From a virus: DNA of 64,000 nucleotides. Shown here in pieces: positions 63,887-64,000 of the stretch. Each line of letters starts with the position of its first letter. Position 1 is the first letter of the stretch. Below the pieces are notes generated by a model. That model saw only the letters and a list, made by a program, of their open reading frames with translations, was not told the DNA's origin and did not search any database. Made by a program: the position numbers and the translations under genes. The stretch covers positions 1-64,000 of IMG/VR virus record IMGVR_UViG_3300020048_000048, one strand, 5' to 3'.

Positions 63887-63939
63887 GTTAAATAGAGTGG
63901 GATTTTTTAAATCTTTCGACTCTTTTTTAGGAGGTTTTT

Positions 63940-64000
63940 ATGGAAATCACGAACGGGTTTCATGCCCACAGTGAGTATTCACTAGACGGCGCTTGCACTG
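63940..64000 (+). CDS. dnaE: Start of DNA polymerase III alpha subunit (PHP domain), truncated by the window end
   Basis: MEITNGFHAHSEYSLDGAC matches the HxHSEYSxLDG PHP motif; AGGAGG RBS. Confidence 0.65.
   Translation, partial: MEITNGFHAHSEYSLDGACT

Noticed and set aside
1-64000. Alternative genetic code (stop-codon reassignment)
   Set aside because: Standard-code ORFs tile the window densely and conserved genes are uninterrupted.
1-64000. Prophage, IS, intron or intein elements
   Set aside because: No integrase, transposase, homing endonuclease, host housekeeping block or intein motifs were recognised.

Overview
This 64-kb window comes from a very AT-rich, large tailed dsDNA phage with a contractile tail (myovirus). 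Virion genes (portal, prohead protease, capsid, neck, sheath, two tubes, tape measure, baseplate, fibres) are scattered among replication/recombination genes (DnaB-like helicase, RecA, SSB, RuvC, dNMP kinase, start of DnaE) and many small unknown ORFs. No tRNA, rRNA, CRISPR array, integrase, transposase, reverse transcriptase or terminase was seen. Three system-level signals stand out. (1) A two-tier promoter code: 19 sigma28/FliA-like promoters (TAAAGTTT-N11/12-TCCGTTAA or CCGATA) and about 15 TAAAATAA boxes before virion genes, linked by a phage sigma factor co-transcribed with a CheW-like gene. (2) Late-expressed multi-domain effectors carrying four paralogous ADP-ribosyltransferase-like domains and a PI3/4K/HipA-like kinase, punctuated by the same (V/I)xKS motif found in the capsid, scaffold and protease, suggesting head-packaged, protease-processed polyproteins. 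(3) An FN3 plus C-type-lectin fibre whose 3' end looks like a diversity-generating-retroelement variable repeat. Several genes hint at a Gram-negative, possibly Bdellovibrionota-like host (inference). All product calls come from motif recognition by eye, not database searches.
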